IMG/VR virus record: IMGVR_UViG_3300032030_002802
Coordinates: 1-64,000 of that record
Source: a virus
Taxonomy: Duplodnaviria > Caudoviricetes
Strand: one strand, 5' to 3'
DNA length: 64,000 nucleotides
This document shows positions 27,511 to 36,869 of this stretch, one piece after another (the first letter of the stretch is position 1; every line of letters starts with the position of its first letter). The position numbers and the translations under genes were made by a program. The notes under the pieces were generated by a model that saw only the letters and a program-made list of their open reading frames with translations, had not been told where the DNA came from and made no database searches.

Positions 27511-27999
27511 CTATCCGATCTGCCTGCTCGCGAACTTCACGGCCGCCCCGTGGGACGTCCCGTTCCCGCGCACGCGGCACGTCCCCCGTGCATGGCTCAG
27601 GGTGAGTTTCCCGGAGAACGCCGGTATCCCGGTCCAGCACCGCGCGGGCAGCTTGCTCAGCTTGTCCATCATGGCGGTCGTCGGCCCGACTGCGACGCAC
27701 ACCGTCCCGGAGTCCGCCGTGAAATGGCCAAACAGCTTGACCTGGTCGTCTGACGTCCCGTGCAGCTCGCACAGCCAGTCGCCGTAGATCGTGTCGGCGA
27801 GCAGCATCGTCACCCCGTGTACTTCCGCTGTCTGGGGCTCGATCCGGCCGGCGGCAAACCGCCTCACGAACTCGCCCCAGTCGTCTCCCGCCAGCAGGTA
27901 GCACGGGTCCGTCACCACTATGTCGGCCCTGGCCACCTTGACGGTGCACCTTGCGGTCGTCGGCCACTTGCGCGTATGCTTTCCTGTCTCTGGTGTCAT
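27511..27999 (-). CDS. Hypothetical phage protein
   Basis: VTDPCY..DTIYGDW..GHFTADSGTVCV. Confidence 0.7.
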   Translation of the reverse strand: MTPETGKHTRKWPTTARCTVKVARADIVVTDPCYLLAGDDWGEFVRRFAAGRIEPQTAEVHGVTMLLADTIYGDWLCELHGTSDDQVKLFGHFTADSGTVCVAVGPTTAMMDKLSKLPARCWTGIPAFSGKLTLSHARGTCRVRGNGTSHGAAVKFASRQIG

Positions 28000-28009
28000 C
28001 GTTCCTCCT

Positions 28010-28270
28010 TCATATCCGCATCACCTTCACGTCGTCCGCGTCTATCGGCATCCAGCGTCTCCCGCACGCGTCCATTATCGCGTTCACGGCCTTAGCGTAA
28101 GGGGTGTCGTCGCCCGGGCGGAACTCCGCCTCCATGTACGAGGCCACGGAGTCCTCGAGCTCGGCGCAGAACTTCTCGAAGTCGCAGTCCGGCGCGTCCA
28201 CCAGCACGAACCGGTCGACTATGGCGGCCCCGCCGCTGTCGTTCACGAACCTGAGGTCTATCAGCTTCAT
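28010..28270 (-). CDS. Hypothetical protein
   Basis: MKLIDLRF..., GGAG RBS. Confidence 0.6.
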   Translation of the reverse strand: MKLIDLRFVNDSGGAAIVDRFVLVDAPDCDFEKFCAELEDSVASYMEAEFRPGDDTPYAKAVNAIMDACGRRWMPIDADDVKVMRI

Positions 28271-28356
28271 GTCGTATTCTCCGGTGGCAGACAGGCAACG
28301 GGGCAGCGCCGTGAAGCGCCGCCCCGTTGCCGTGTTGCCTTTGTCCTGCCGTTGCG

Positions 28357-28914
28357 TTACTTGGCCGGAAGCGCGAACGCCTTCGCCGTCGCGTCGTACT
28401 TCATGCCGATCGCCTCGTGCGCCTTCTTCAGCGCCTTGGCGGCCGCCGCGTCCTCGCTGCGGGCTATCGCCGTGCGGCATCCGCTGCAGAACGCAGCCAC
28501 GACCTTGGACACCTTCTCAGCGTTGTCCTGGATGTCCTTGTGGGACGCCATGAACGTGTCGAGGGCCCCGAGCGCGACGAGCGAACCCACGTTTATCAGG
28601 TTCTTCTGCGCTGCCGTGAGCCCCTCGCGCCTGGCGACGAACTCCTGGATCGCGGGCGTGAGCGCGTCGACGTACGACGCGCCAGCGCCTACCGTCGACG
28701 CGCTGTCGCCGATCATCGTGACCACGTCCTTCAGCGTGGCCTTGACCTTCGGGTCGGGGTCGTCGATGGCGAACCAGGCGCTGAGGCCCAGGTTGCCCGC
28801 GGTGCTGGCCGCGGCGATTAGCGCGTCGTCGTCGGGCGTGCAGCCCGCGACGAACGCGACGGCGGACGCCACGGCTGTGGCCGCGGCGATGAGCGTGCAT
28901 TTGATCTTGTGCAT
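28357..28914 (-). CDS. Putative lipoprotein
   Basis: Signal peptide with lipobox FVAGC. Confidence 0.7.
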   Translation of the reverse strand: MHKIKCTLIAAATAVASAVAFVAGCTPDDDALIAAASTAGNLGLSAWFAIDDPDPKVKATLKDVVTMIGDSASTVGAGASYVDALTPAIQEFVARREGLTAAQKNLINVGSLVALGALDTFMASHKDIQDNAEKVSKVVAAFCSGCRTAIARSEDAAAAKALKKAHEAIGMKYDATAKAFALPAK

Positions 28915-29026
28915 TGTCTTTCCTTCTTTGGTTAACCATGTGCCGGGTGGCCGGTCACCTTTCCGGCCTCCCGCGGCGCTGGCGTATAGTATAGCACATG
29001 TCGCGCTACGCCGCCATCCCGCAGTT

Positions 29027-29149
29027 TCACTTCGCCGGCTGCGCGTTCACCTTGGCCAGTCCGAGCTTTTTGGCCTCGTCGGGGCTGTTGGCGTGGACTA
29101 CGACCTCGCGTGTCTGCTTCTTCGTGACCTTGACTATGTATTTCTGCAT
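29027..29149 (-). CDS. Small protein (40 aa)
   Basis: MQKYIVKV..VHANSPDEAKKL; resembles 36654-36848. Confidence 0.55.
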   Translation of the reverse strand: MQKYIVKVTKKQTREVVVHANSPDEAKKLGLAKVNAQPAK

Positions 29150-29320
29150 CGTCTGTACTCTTTTGGTTTCTGTTCCGGCGGCGCGGCTCGTTCCCGGGCT
29201 GGTTGCTTGGCCGTCGCTTAGATCGCGTGCGGGCACGTGAGTCCGAAGGGGGCGTTCGCCGCCTTCACGACTCTGGCTGCCCGCGCAGAGTGCTTCGCCC
29301 GGTCATCGGCCCGCCGGCCG
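29150..29320 (-). ncRNA. RT-associated hairpin array 1 (1 unit)
   Basis: TAGAT at 29219, hairpin to 29286, GTG-N10-TCAT (+ strand reading). Confidence 0.7.
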
Positions 29321-29839
29321 CTACTGGTCCCCGTCGTACGTGGAGCGGACGTAGTAGCGCCTCACGTCCGGCAGGTCCTCGTCCTGTATGTTGCGCAGCC
29401 AGTTGGATATCGGCGTGCATTCGCCGGACGCCTCCAGGATGTAGATCCCGTCGAACTCGTATGCCTGCCTTATGCGGTATATCGCGTCCGACATCTTCGG
29501 GTTCCTGGAGGAGAAGTTCGCCAGGGTCATGTCGGCGGCCAGCTTCGCCGCCACTTCCCGCATCTCGTTGAAGTACGGCCTGAACAGCGGCTCGAGCCGG
29601 TGCGTGTCGATCTCGAGCCACTCCATGTTTCTGCCATCCTCCGCCGCAGTGCCGTGCCGGACCACCGCCGGCCCGAGCCAGTCCACCAGGGTCCTGATGT
29701 CGTCTTGCCTGTCGTAGCCGAAGTGCTCTGTCACCCCGTCCGGGAACTTGTCCTCGTTCTGCGCGAAGACCTCGTCCTCCGTGTGGGTGCAGTACGACGG
29801 CCTTCCGTCCAGCGACAGCTCCAGTATCGTTACGTGCAT
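29321..29839 (-). CDS. Hypothetical protein between arrays
   Basis: 172 aa, strong RBS. Confidence 0.75.
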   Translation of the reverse strand: MHVTILELSLDGRPSYCTHTEDEVFAQNEDKFPDGVTEHFGYDRQDDIRTLVDWLGPAVVRHGTAAEDGRNMEWLEIDTHRLEPLFRPYFNEMREVAAKLAADMTLANFSSRNPKMSDAIYRIRQAYEFDGIYILEASGECTPISNWLRNIQDEDLPDVRRYYVRSTYDGDQ

Positions 29840-29869
29840 TTCTCCTTAGCCTCCTTGTCTGTTGTTGGT

Positions 29870-30333
29870 TGTCGGTTGTCCGCCGTTCCCGGGGTGTTGC
29901 CCTGGAATCCGTCAGATTGTGCCCAGTGGGGGCACATACCGCGGCTGGTCGGTAGGGAGCAGCCGCGGTAGGCGACCACTGGGCAATGCCCTGCCCGGTC
30001 ATCGGCGGACGCCGTTGCCGTTGTCGTTGCTCGGATTGCGCGCCGGCTCGTTTACCGTCTTGCAGATGGCCGACCGGAGCGGCACAGGGTCATGTACCCT
30101 GTTGGGGACATGCCCCACCCGGTACCGCGCCGGTCGGGCTGGTGCGCGCGCCCTTCCGCGTCCTCCCGTGCCCGCCGCGTTCCGCGCCTGTGTTGCGTGG
30201 ACTGTGCAGATCGCCATTCGAGCGGCAGACAAGAGCCGAGTCCGCCGGGCGAGCGCGGCTACGCCGGACTCGGTCCTGTGCTGCTCGAATTGCGTGCATT
30301 GCCGCGTCATCGCGGCGGGCGCCGGGTCCGCCG
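29870..30333 (-). ncRNA. RT-associated hairpin array 2 (3 units)
   Basis: CAGAT at 29913, 30063, 30207, each followed by a long hairpin. Confidence 0.8.
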
Positions 30334-31641
30334 TCAGCGGCGGCGGAGCGACCTGAGGAACTTGGCGATGTCGAAGCGGGACGCCTCGATCGACTTCTTC
30401 AGGATCGCGTGGATGACGTACGCCGGCGTGTCGGTGTCGAGCAGCGCGCGGAGCTTGTTGAGCCCCTCGCGCGCGCCTCCGGCCATCTCCTGCGTGCGGT
30501 TGCGCCAGTTGCCGCCCTCGGTGGTGTAGCGCACGTGGCAGTTGACCACGAGGCTCTTGAGGGTGTAGTAGGCGCCCTGGCGCTTGAACGCCTCCTTCCA
30601 GGCCTTCGGGAGCCAGAAGCGGGTGCAGCCGTCCTGGTCGCGGAAGGTGCCCATGCTCACGCTGGGCAGGGAGTTGCGCAGGATGTCGAGCGCGTCGGCG
30701 TAGGTCTTGCAGCGGCGGACGCGCTTCTCGGCCTCGGCGATGGTGCGGTTGAGGCTGACGAGCCAGTTGGTGGGGCTGATCTCCGTGCGCTCGAACTCGG
30801 CGCCGTCGTCGCCGGAGCCGGAGGTGTGCTTCTGCTTCCAGAGCTCGACGCGGCCCTCGCCCTGGATCTTGCGCCAGTAGACCCCGGTGCGGGAGTTGAA
30901 GGTGCACTTAGCGCGGTCGTTGACGTTGTTCCTGAGCCCCTCGAGGTACTGCGTGAAGATCTCGCAGATCTTGGGGACGGTGAGGAACTTGCTGCGTTCG
31001 AGGAACGCGGTGTGCCAGTGCGTCCGCATGAACTCGAGCTTCTCGATCTCGGTGTCGAGGAGGCGGAAGCAGTCGCGGAGGCTGTAGCGGCGGGCGATGG
31101 CGGCGTCGACGTTGCCGTCGTGCGCGAGCATGAGCCCGAGGTACTGCGCCGGCAGGAAGCGGCGGCTGGTGTAGGGCGTCCACACCTCGCCGTTCTGCAG
31201 TACCGCGTTGTACCACTTGGACGTGACGGCGATCTTGGGGTCGCCGCCGTCGCGCACGCCGGCGCACGTGCGGCGGCTGATGCGGTCCTCGTCGGTGGCC
31301 ATGCGGCCGGTGATCTCGATTCCGGCGTCGGCGTCGCCATAGTCGGGCGAAAGTCCGTCGCACCCGCCGTTGACGCGGCGTCCGTTGCGGAAGCGCTTGG
31401 TGTTCCCGTCGCCTGCCACGCTCCCGTCGTCCGCGGCGTGGCCGGCCATCACGGTCGGGACGTCGCCGATGGCGCACGGGCGCACGACGGACTTCACGAC
31501 CTTCGCGATGCTCTTCTCGGCCTCGCCGGTGTCGAGGTTGGCCGCCACCGCGTCGATGATGTCTCCGATGGTGAAGTCGGAGGTGCTCGTGATCTTCGTT
31601 CCGGGGTTGATCTTTGGTTTTGCCATATCAGTGTCTCTCAT
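30334..31641 (-). CDS. Hypothetical protein (~435 aa), candidate RT-system partner A
   Basis: ATGA-coupled to the upstream gene (alternative start 31626); RRFLPAQY, WKEAFKRQGAYYTLKSLV. Confidence 0.8.
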   Translation of the reverse strand: MRDTDMAKPKINPGTKITSTSDFTIGDIIDAVAANLDTGEAEKSIAKVVKSVVRPCAIGDVPTVMAGHAADDGSVAGDGNTKRFRNGRRVNGGCDGLSPDYGDADAGIEITGRMATDEDRISRRTCAGVRDGGDPKIAVTSKWYNAVLQNGEVWTPYTSRRFLPAQYLGLMLAHDGNVDAAIARRYSLRDCFRLLDTEIEKLEFMRTHWHTAFLERSKFLTVPKICEIFTQYLEGLRNNVNDRAKCTFNSRTGVYWRKIQGEGRVELWKQKHTSGSGDDGAEFERTEISPTNWLVSLNRTIAEAEKRVRRCKTYADALDILRNSLPSVSMGTFRDQDGCTRFWLPKAWKEAFKRQGAYYTLKSLVVNCHVRYTTEGGNWRNRTQEMAGGAREGLNKLRALLDTDTPAYVIHAILKKSIEASRFDIAKFLRSLRRR

Positions 31642-32585
31642 TTGTTGGTTTGACTCTTCTTGCTGTTGCCTGTGTCCGGCTGCGCATTGCGCACGCGCCC
31701 GGTGTCGATGTACTCCACCAGCCTGTTTATCTCGCATATGGTCGGGTCGAGGTCGTAGCACTTCGCCCTCATCTGGAGTTTGAACGCCTCCTGCGCCAGG
31801 GACTTCGCGAGCCTGGCGAGGTTGGGCGCGACCTGCATCGCGCGTGCGTCGGAAGCGCACACGCCGGACGGAATCCGGGCCCGCACGCCGCCGTCTGCCG
31901 CGACCACCACCTGCTCGGGCCCGATCGTCTTCAGCCCGGGCAGGGGCAGCACGGCGCGGCGCCACCAGTCTGTCTTGATCACCAGCTGCCTGTCCGCGTC
32001 GGCGTTGGTTGCGGCCGCCGGCGCCCACCACCAGCTGTCCGGGATCCAGTTTGCCTGCGACGTCACGTACTTCTCCAGCGTTCCGTCCAGCGCGGCGCAG
32101 AGTATCCACGCCTCGAGGCGCACGCGTGCCTCGCCCCGGGGCATCCCCTGCGCTATCTCGTCGTCCGTCATCTCGTCCACGTCCTTGGCCGGGAAGTTGC
32201 TGGCCATGTACCTCTCGGCCCCGTTCGGGCGGGACAGGTAGTGCTCGCGGAACAGGTCGACCGGGTCCAGCCCCTGCTCGTACTCGGTGAGCCACGGCAG
32301 TCCCGCGATGTCCACCTTCACGGTGGCCGTCTCCAGCGTCGGCACCTTGACCTCGCCGTTGCCTATTATGAACACATGCCCGACGAACGCGGAGTGCGCG
32401 GTGAGGTCGAACTTCACCATGTCGGCGTGGCGGCCGTTCGTCCTGTACAGCTTCCCGTGGGTCTTGGCGACCTCCACGAGCCCGGAGTACACCGAGTCCA
32501 CGTGGATTTTCCTCTGTTCCGGCTTCGGCTCGGCCATCTCGTCGGACAGCACGGCCGTGTCTTGCGGGTCTTGCTCTTCTTCCAT
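31638..32585 (-). CDS. Hypothetical protein (315 aa), candidate RT-system partner B
   Basis: AGGAG RBS; HYLSRP..RGEARVRLE..WWW..QLVIKTDWW. Confidence 0.8.
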   Translation of the reverse strand: MEEEQDPQDTAVLSDEMAEPKPEQRKIHVDSVYSGLVEVAKTHGKLYRTNGRHADMVKFDLTAHSAFVGHVFIIGNGEVKVPTLETATVKVDIAGLPWLTEYEQGLDPVDLFREHYLSRPNGAERYMASNFPAKDVDEMTDDEIAQGMPRGEARVRLEAWILCAALDGTLEKYVTSQANWIPDSWWWAPAAATNADADRQLVIKTDWWRRAVLPLPGLKTIGPEQVVVAADGGVRARIPSGVCASDARAMQVAPNLARLAKSLAQEAFKLQMRAKCYDLDPTICEINRLVEYIDTGRVRNAQPDTGNSKKSQTNK

Positions 32586-32609
32586 TTCGGTTCTCCTTTG
32601 GTTTGTCCC

Positions 32610-33318
32610 ATTAGGTAGGCGGCCTGTTGGTTTGGCATTGGTCAGATTGAGACCTGGTAGAGGCCTCGGGCTGTGGGTAGACAGCTGGGCCGAAACCAGG
32701 TCGAATGTCAGAGTCCGCCCTTCCTGGGTGTATGTCCGGCGTCCGGGTGTGTCCGGCGGGGTCTCCCGCGGAATGTGCGTCGTGTCGCAGATTGACAGCT
32801 GAGAATGAGGCGACCGAGAGGATGGAGACCTCGACGGACGAGCGGTCGCCTTATTCCAGCTGAATGCAGTACGGGGTCCTCCCGCCGGCCTGTCTCGTCC
32901 CGCACCGGTTTCCGGCCCTGTTTACGCAGCAGTGCGCAGATGCGCAGCGTGCTTGCCAGATCGGCGATCCTTCACGTGTCGGATCACCGATCTGGTGTGC
33001 ACGCCACGGTGGTCAGGCCGTCATGCCGGGAAGTCGTGCGCTTCCGCCGTTGTGGCTTCAGGAGCCCATAGATTGTGCGAGCCCCGTCCAGGGACATCGG
33101 ATGTGGATTGGCCCGGGCCATCCGATGTCACGGACAGTGCTCGTACGATGTACCTGGGCGTCATGCGCGTGTAGGCCGGGCTGCGCTTCGCCGCCTGTGT
33201 ACGGTCTATTGGTCAGATCCGGCTGGCCGAACCACGTGGTGTACCCGGCATGGGTAGACCGGGTGTACCACGTGGGGAGGCGCAGCCGTGTTCCAGCGGC
33301 ATCATGGCACAGTCTCGC
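32610..33318 (-). ncRNA. RT-associated hairpin array 3 (5 units)
   Basis: YAGAT at 32643, 32788, 32937, 33069, 33214, each followed by a hairpin. Confidence 0.85.
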
Positions 33319-33603
33319 CTATTTCTTCCTGCCGGCCAGCGTCTTCCGCAGCAGCCGTTCGGCCCGCTGCATCGCGTATCTCCTCGCCCCTGGGCAGTTG
33401 CAGCCGCCGCTGAACCAGTGGCACTCGTACGGCGACACGAGCCCGGCCGAGTTCAGCGGCCTGTACCACTTGCACGCCTGGACGGTGAACCCGTCCTTCA
33501 CGCAGCCGTACGTCAGCCGCACGTCGTCCTCGCCGAACGCCTCGGGCGACACCTCAAGCGTCACCGTGCATAAGTTCATCCTGTTGTCGGTCGCCATCTC
33601 CAT
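33319..33603 (-). CDS. Small hypothetical protein
   Basis: MEMATDN..., coupled downstream of the RT. Confidence 0.6.
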   Translation of the reverse strand: MEMATDNRMNLCTVTLEVSPEAFGEDDVRLTYGCVKDGFTVQACKWYRPLNSAGLVSPYECHWFSGGCNCPGARRYAMQRAERLLRKTLAGRKK

Positions 33604-33791
33604 CAGTCCTTTCTCATGAGGTAGCAGCTGTGTATCGCGTCCTGCACCTTGGATATCGCCTGGTTCACGTACATGAATGCGGTAGCGGACCCCTCCACGC
33701 CGCATATGGACCGGCCTATCTCCTCCAGCCCGCGCTCTGCGCCGCGTAGGGACTCCTCGGCCCGCGCGACCGTGTCGCCGGTCTCGCTCAT
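33603..33791 (-). CDS. Small helical protein
   Basis: MSETGD..., ATGA overlap with the RT stop, GGAGG RBS. Confidence 0.6.
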   Translation of the reverse strand: MSETGDTVARAEESLRGAERGLEEIGRSICGVEGSATAFMYVNQAISKVQDAIHSCYLMRKD

Positions 33792-35077
33792 GCGGTCACC
33801 TCCATCATCTCCGCCGTGTACACGCTCGGGCCGCACCGTGAGGCGCGGTACATCCGCATCAGGCTCTTGTAGCCCATCGTCCTGAGCATGTCGTCCGACG
33901 TCAGCGCCTTTGCCTTGCGGTGCTGGGTCTGCCGTCCGACGTACACGCCCTTGATGTGCTCCCTGATGTACTGGTCCAGCCTGCGCACCCGCGTCGGGTT
34001 GTCGATCACGCTGAAGAAGTAGCGCTCCCAGCCGAAGTTGCGCTGGTCGGCGTAGTGGCCGTCGCGCAGCAGCCAGTTGATCTTCCTGATGGCCTTGACC
34101 TGCTCCTCCCGGCTCTCCTTCGGGATGTACTTGTGCGGCCGGCAGATGCGCCGTATCTTGAGCTTGATGCGGTGGTAGCTCTCCTCGCTCATGTCGACCG
34201 TGCCGTTAGAGATCTCGCAGCCGAGGAACGTGAACGGGTGCGAGCTGTCGACCCGGGTGGTCTTCTTCTCGTTCAGCTTCAGGCCCTTCGCCGCCAGCAT
34301 CTCGCGCAGCGTGTCCAGCGCCTTGTCCGCGTCCGTCCCCAGCACCAGGATGTCGTCCGCGTACCGCAGGTACAGGACGTCCATGGCCGACAGCCGCTCG
34401 TCCACGTCCCTGAGGGCGAGGTTGGCGAGCAGGGTGCCGAGGGCGTTGCCCTGCCTGATCGCCATGTACCGCGGCTCCAGCTCGCCGTTGACGTACACGC
34501 GGTCGTCGTGGAAGTGCTTCCAGACGAGCGCGTCCACGGGGCTGCCGGTGTCCATGCTCTTCAGCGTGGCGTCCAGCGTCTCGCGGTTCACGCTGTCGAA
34601 GTACTTGCTGAGGTCGACCTTCCACCCACGGTCTCCGCGCCTCAGCCTTGGTATGAGGTCGCCGTGCAGGATCCGCTTCACGCCGATCCCGCGTTGGTAC
34701 GACCTGCACGACGGGTGTATCATCCCGCCGTACAGCCTGTTGTAGATCGCGCTCACGACACCGAGCACCAGGCCGTCCAGCGGCTGGCTCGGCGCGTACA
34801 GGGTGCGCACCTCCTTGAACTCCCTGTGCACCGCCTCCTTGTACGAGAGGTAGATGCCGGTAATCTTGTCGAGGTACAGGGTCTTCGGCGGCGACAGCGT
34901 GAAGCGCCCGTCGGCGATGGCCTGAACCAGCGCGGCGCGGCCGACCGTGTCGGCCACCGCCCCGAACGACTCCATGTCGATCCTGCGGCCCTTCTTCCTG
35001 CGGACGCGGTTCATCACGTCCTGCCAGATGGCCGGGTCGCACAGCATCTCCATTTTCTCGTCTTCGTCACTCATCAT
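33788..35077 (-). CDS. Reverse transcriptase (stand-alone, group-II-like), 429 aa
   Basis: RTLYAP..D, SCRSYQRG, KVDLSKYFDSV, IRQGNALG, YLRYADD, GLKLNEKKT, FTFLG, GWERYF; AGGAG RBS. Confidence 0.95.
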   Translation of the reverse strand: MMSDEDEKMEMLCDPAIWQDVMNRVRRKKGRRIDMESFGAVADTVGRAALVQAIADGRFTLSPPKTLYLDKITGIYLSYKEAVHREFKEVRTLYAPSQPLDGLVLGVVSAIYNRLYGGMIHPSCRSYQRGIGVKRILHGDLIPRLRRGDRGWKVDLSKYFDSVNRETLDATLKSMDTGSPVDALVWKHFHDDRVYVNGELEPRYMAIRQGNALGTLLANLALRDVDERLSAMDVLYLRYADDILVLGTDADKALDTLREMLAAKGLKLNEKKTTRVDSSHPFTFLGCEISNGTVDMSEESYHRIKLKIRRICRPHKYIPKESREEQVKAIRKINWLLRDGHYADQRNFGWERYFFSVIDNPTRVRRLDQYIREHIKGVYVGRQTQHRKAKALTSDDMLRTMGYKSLMRMYRASRCGPSVYTAEMMEVTA

Positions 35078-35099
35078 TGTCTGTTCTCCTTTTGTTGTT

Positions 35100-35995
35100 G
35101 TCCCGCCCTTCCGCGCCTGTGTGTGCGTTGTCGTGCAGATCGCCGTCGAGGCAGGATACCGTCGGGATCGGCATGGCCGATGCGACGGTATCTCGGGGGT
35201 CGACGGAGTGTCTCGGCGCGTCATGGGCGTACCCGCGTGCGCGCCTTCGGCATCGGCTATTCCGCCATGTGGCAGATCGGCCGCGGGCGAATCGGAGTCG
35301 CAGCGCCGGCGCGTGCTAGCGCGTGGGCGCAGCCATCCCCGTTTCGCCGCGGCTGTGCGTTGAATGCCTCCTGGCCCGCGTCCTGCATGTCCTGCGTGTC
35401 CGGCCGTGCGGCAGTGCGGCCTTCGGCACCCGTCCGTCAGGTGGCGGGTCAGATCCGTGTCGCATTAGGAGATGATGCGCATTCGTGCAGTCAGAGAATG
35501 CGCGTCATCTCCGTAACGACACAAAGGTGTCATGGTGTGCCTCGTGGCCTGCCCGGTCCTTCGGCGCGCGTCCCTTCGTCATAATGCAGATCGGAGGCAG
35601 CATTAAGCAGGTGATCACAGGGCGGTCGCAGTGTGATCACCTGCGTATGCTGCCGCGCGTGCAGGTGCGCCTCGTGGACTGGGTTCGGGGAATGGCCGGC
35701 GTCGGGGACGGTTCGTGCCATGTGGCTCAGATCGAACCCGGTGAAGGCGATCTTCGGCCAGGATGCTAGTCCTGGGCTAAGATCGCGTGAACCGGGTGAG
35801 TGGGCGGCCCCTCCTGCCGGCCTGGTCGGGCTGGGTTGGACGGCGCTTCCGCCGCCGTCTGCTGCTGGTCCCTTAGATTTGGCCGGATCCTTGGGCTCTG
35901 TCGGAGACGAACGGTCAGGTCGTATCCGTCGAGCTCCAAGGATCCGGGCGTGGATCGCGGCGTCGTGCGTCCGTGCGTCCGTGCATACGCCCGCG
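35100..35995 (-). ncRNA. RT-associated hairpin array 4 (6 units), directly upstream of the RT
   Basis: YAGAT at 35136, 35273, 35450, 35587, 35728, 35874, each followed by a hairpin. Confidence 0.88.
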
Positions 35996-36652
35996 TCAGG
36001 TGTGCGTGGACCAGCTCCCGTACGGTGCGCGTTCGCCGCTTGGCAGGTAGTCGGCGTGGTAGATTATGCCGCCACACAGGCCGGGCCGGCGCGACATCGC
36101 CTCGCGCACGGCCGTGTCTGGCTGCGTTGCGGCCTTCATGGCCGTGTCGGCCTGGAACGTCCGCGAGACCCCCTCCTGTCCGAGCATGTCCGGGAGTTCG
36201 CTCTCGTCGAAGCCGTCCACCACCTCCTGCGTACGGCCGTCCCTGAAGATGTACCAGCACCGGTCGTAGATGTCCACGCGCTCGCGGGTGTACGGGTCGA
36301 TCCACTCCTCCCTGAAGAAGAACGAGTGCTGCGCCATGTCGGCGAACACGAACGTCTCGCGCACCGGCAGCCGGTCCTTCCAGTCGTGCGCCGTGTGGGT
36401 CTGCCCGTCCTGGAGGCGTATCTCCGACCCTTCCGGGAAGAACGGGCTCCTGTTGTCGATGGCGTCGGCGTTGGCCCTGTACCCGAAGCACGCGAGCAGC
36501 GTCCTCGCGGCCTGTCCGCGCTTTTCCTCCAGCTTTCTCAGCTCGGGGGCTTCGGTCAGTTTTGCGTTCCGGATGGCCGCGTCGAGCATCAGGTCCGCGT
36601 TTATCGCGAACTGCACGGCGGCGTGGAACTGCTCTGGGCATGTTATCGTCAT
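35996..36652 (-). CDS. Hypothetical protein between arrays
   Basis: 218 aa; DMAQHSFFF..CGGIIYH..WSTHT (recalled resemblance to DUF4120-like proteins, unverified). Confidence 0.75.
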   Translation of the reverse strand: MTITCPEQFHAAVQFAINADLMLDAAIRNAKLTEAPELRKLEEKRGQAARTLLACFGYRANADAIDNRSPFFPEGSEIRLQDGQTHTAHDWKDRLPVRETFVFADMAQHSFFFREEWIDPYTRERVDIYDRCWYIFRDGRTQEVVDGFDESELPDMLGQEGVSRTFQADTAMKAATQPDTAVREAMSRRPGLCGGIIYHADYLPSGERAPYGSWSTHT

Positions 36653-36653
36653 G

Positions 36654-36848
36654 TCAGTAGTCCGTTAGGGTTTGCGTCTCGTCGTCCGTCGCGTTCACCG
36701 GCTTCACGCCGATCAGCTCCAGCTTTGACAGGTCGGCGTTCTTGAACGCCTCCTCCGCCTGCTTGAACGCCTCCTGGGGCGTCTCGGCCAGGACGGCCAC
36801 GTCTATCCGCCCGTCAACGGCCAGGCTCACCGTGAATGTCTTGTTCAT
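36654..36848 (-). CDS. Small hypothetical protein
   Basis: MNKTFTV..VLAETPQEA; GAGGAG RBS. Confidence 0.7.
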   Translation of the reverse strand: MNKTFTVSLAVDGRIDVAVLAETPQEAFKQAEEAFKNADLSKLELIGVKPVNATDDETQTLTDY

Positions 36849-36869
36849 GTCTCTCCTCGGTTTTGTTGT

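Noticed and set aside
35078-35224. N-terminal RT extension and other ORFs inside the arrays (e.g. 29265-30002, 37277-37609)
   Set aside because: Their ATGs come from the unit TCAT motif, which varies to TCGT/TCCT in other units. The RT's strong RBS is at 35077 and the translations look like GC-rich shadow ORFs.
33788-35995. Diversity-generating retroelement
   Set aside because: No TR/VR pair differing at adenines was noticed, no Avd-like or lectin target was recognised, and the RT lacks the GxxxSQ motif.
32610-35995. Group II intron
   Set aside because: No interrupted gene or domain V/VI-like 3' end; the RT stop overlaps a coupled ORF; the flanks are periodic hairpin units.
35100-35995. Classical single retron msr-msd
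   Set aside because: Six separate units with no enclosing a1/a2 inverted repeat noticed; the RT lacks NAxxH and VTG.
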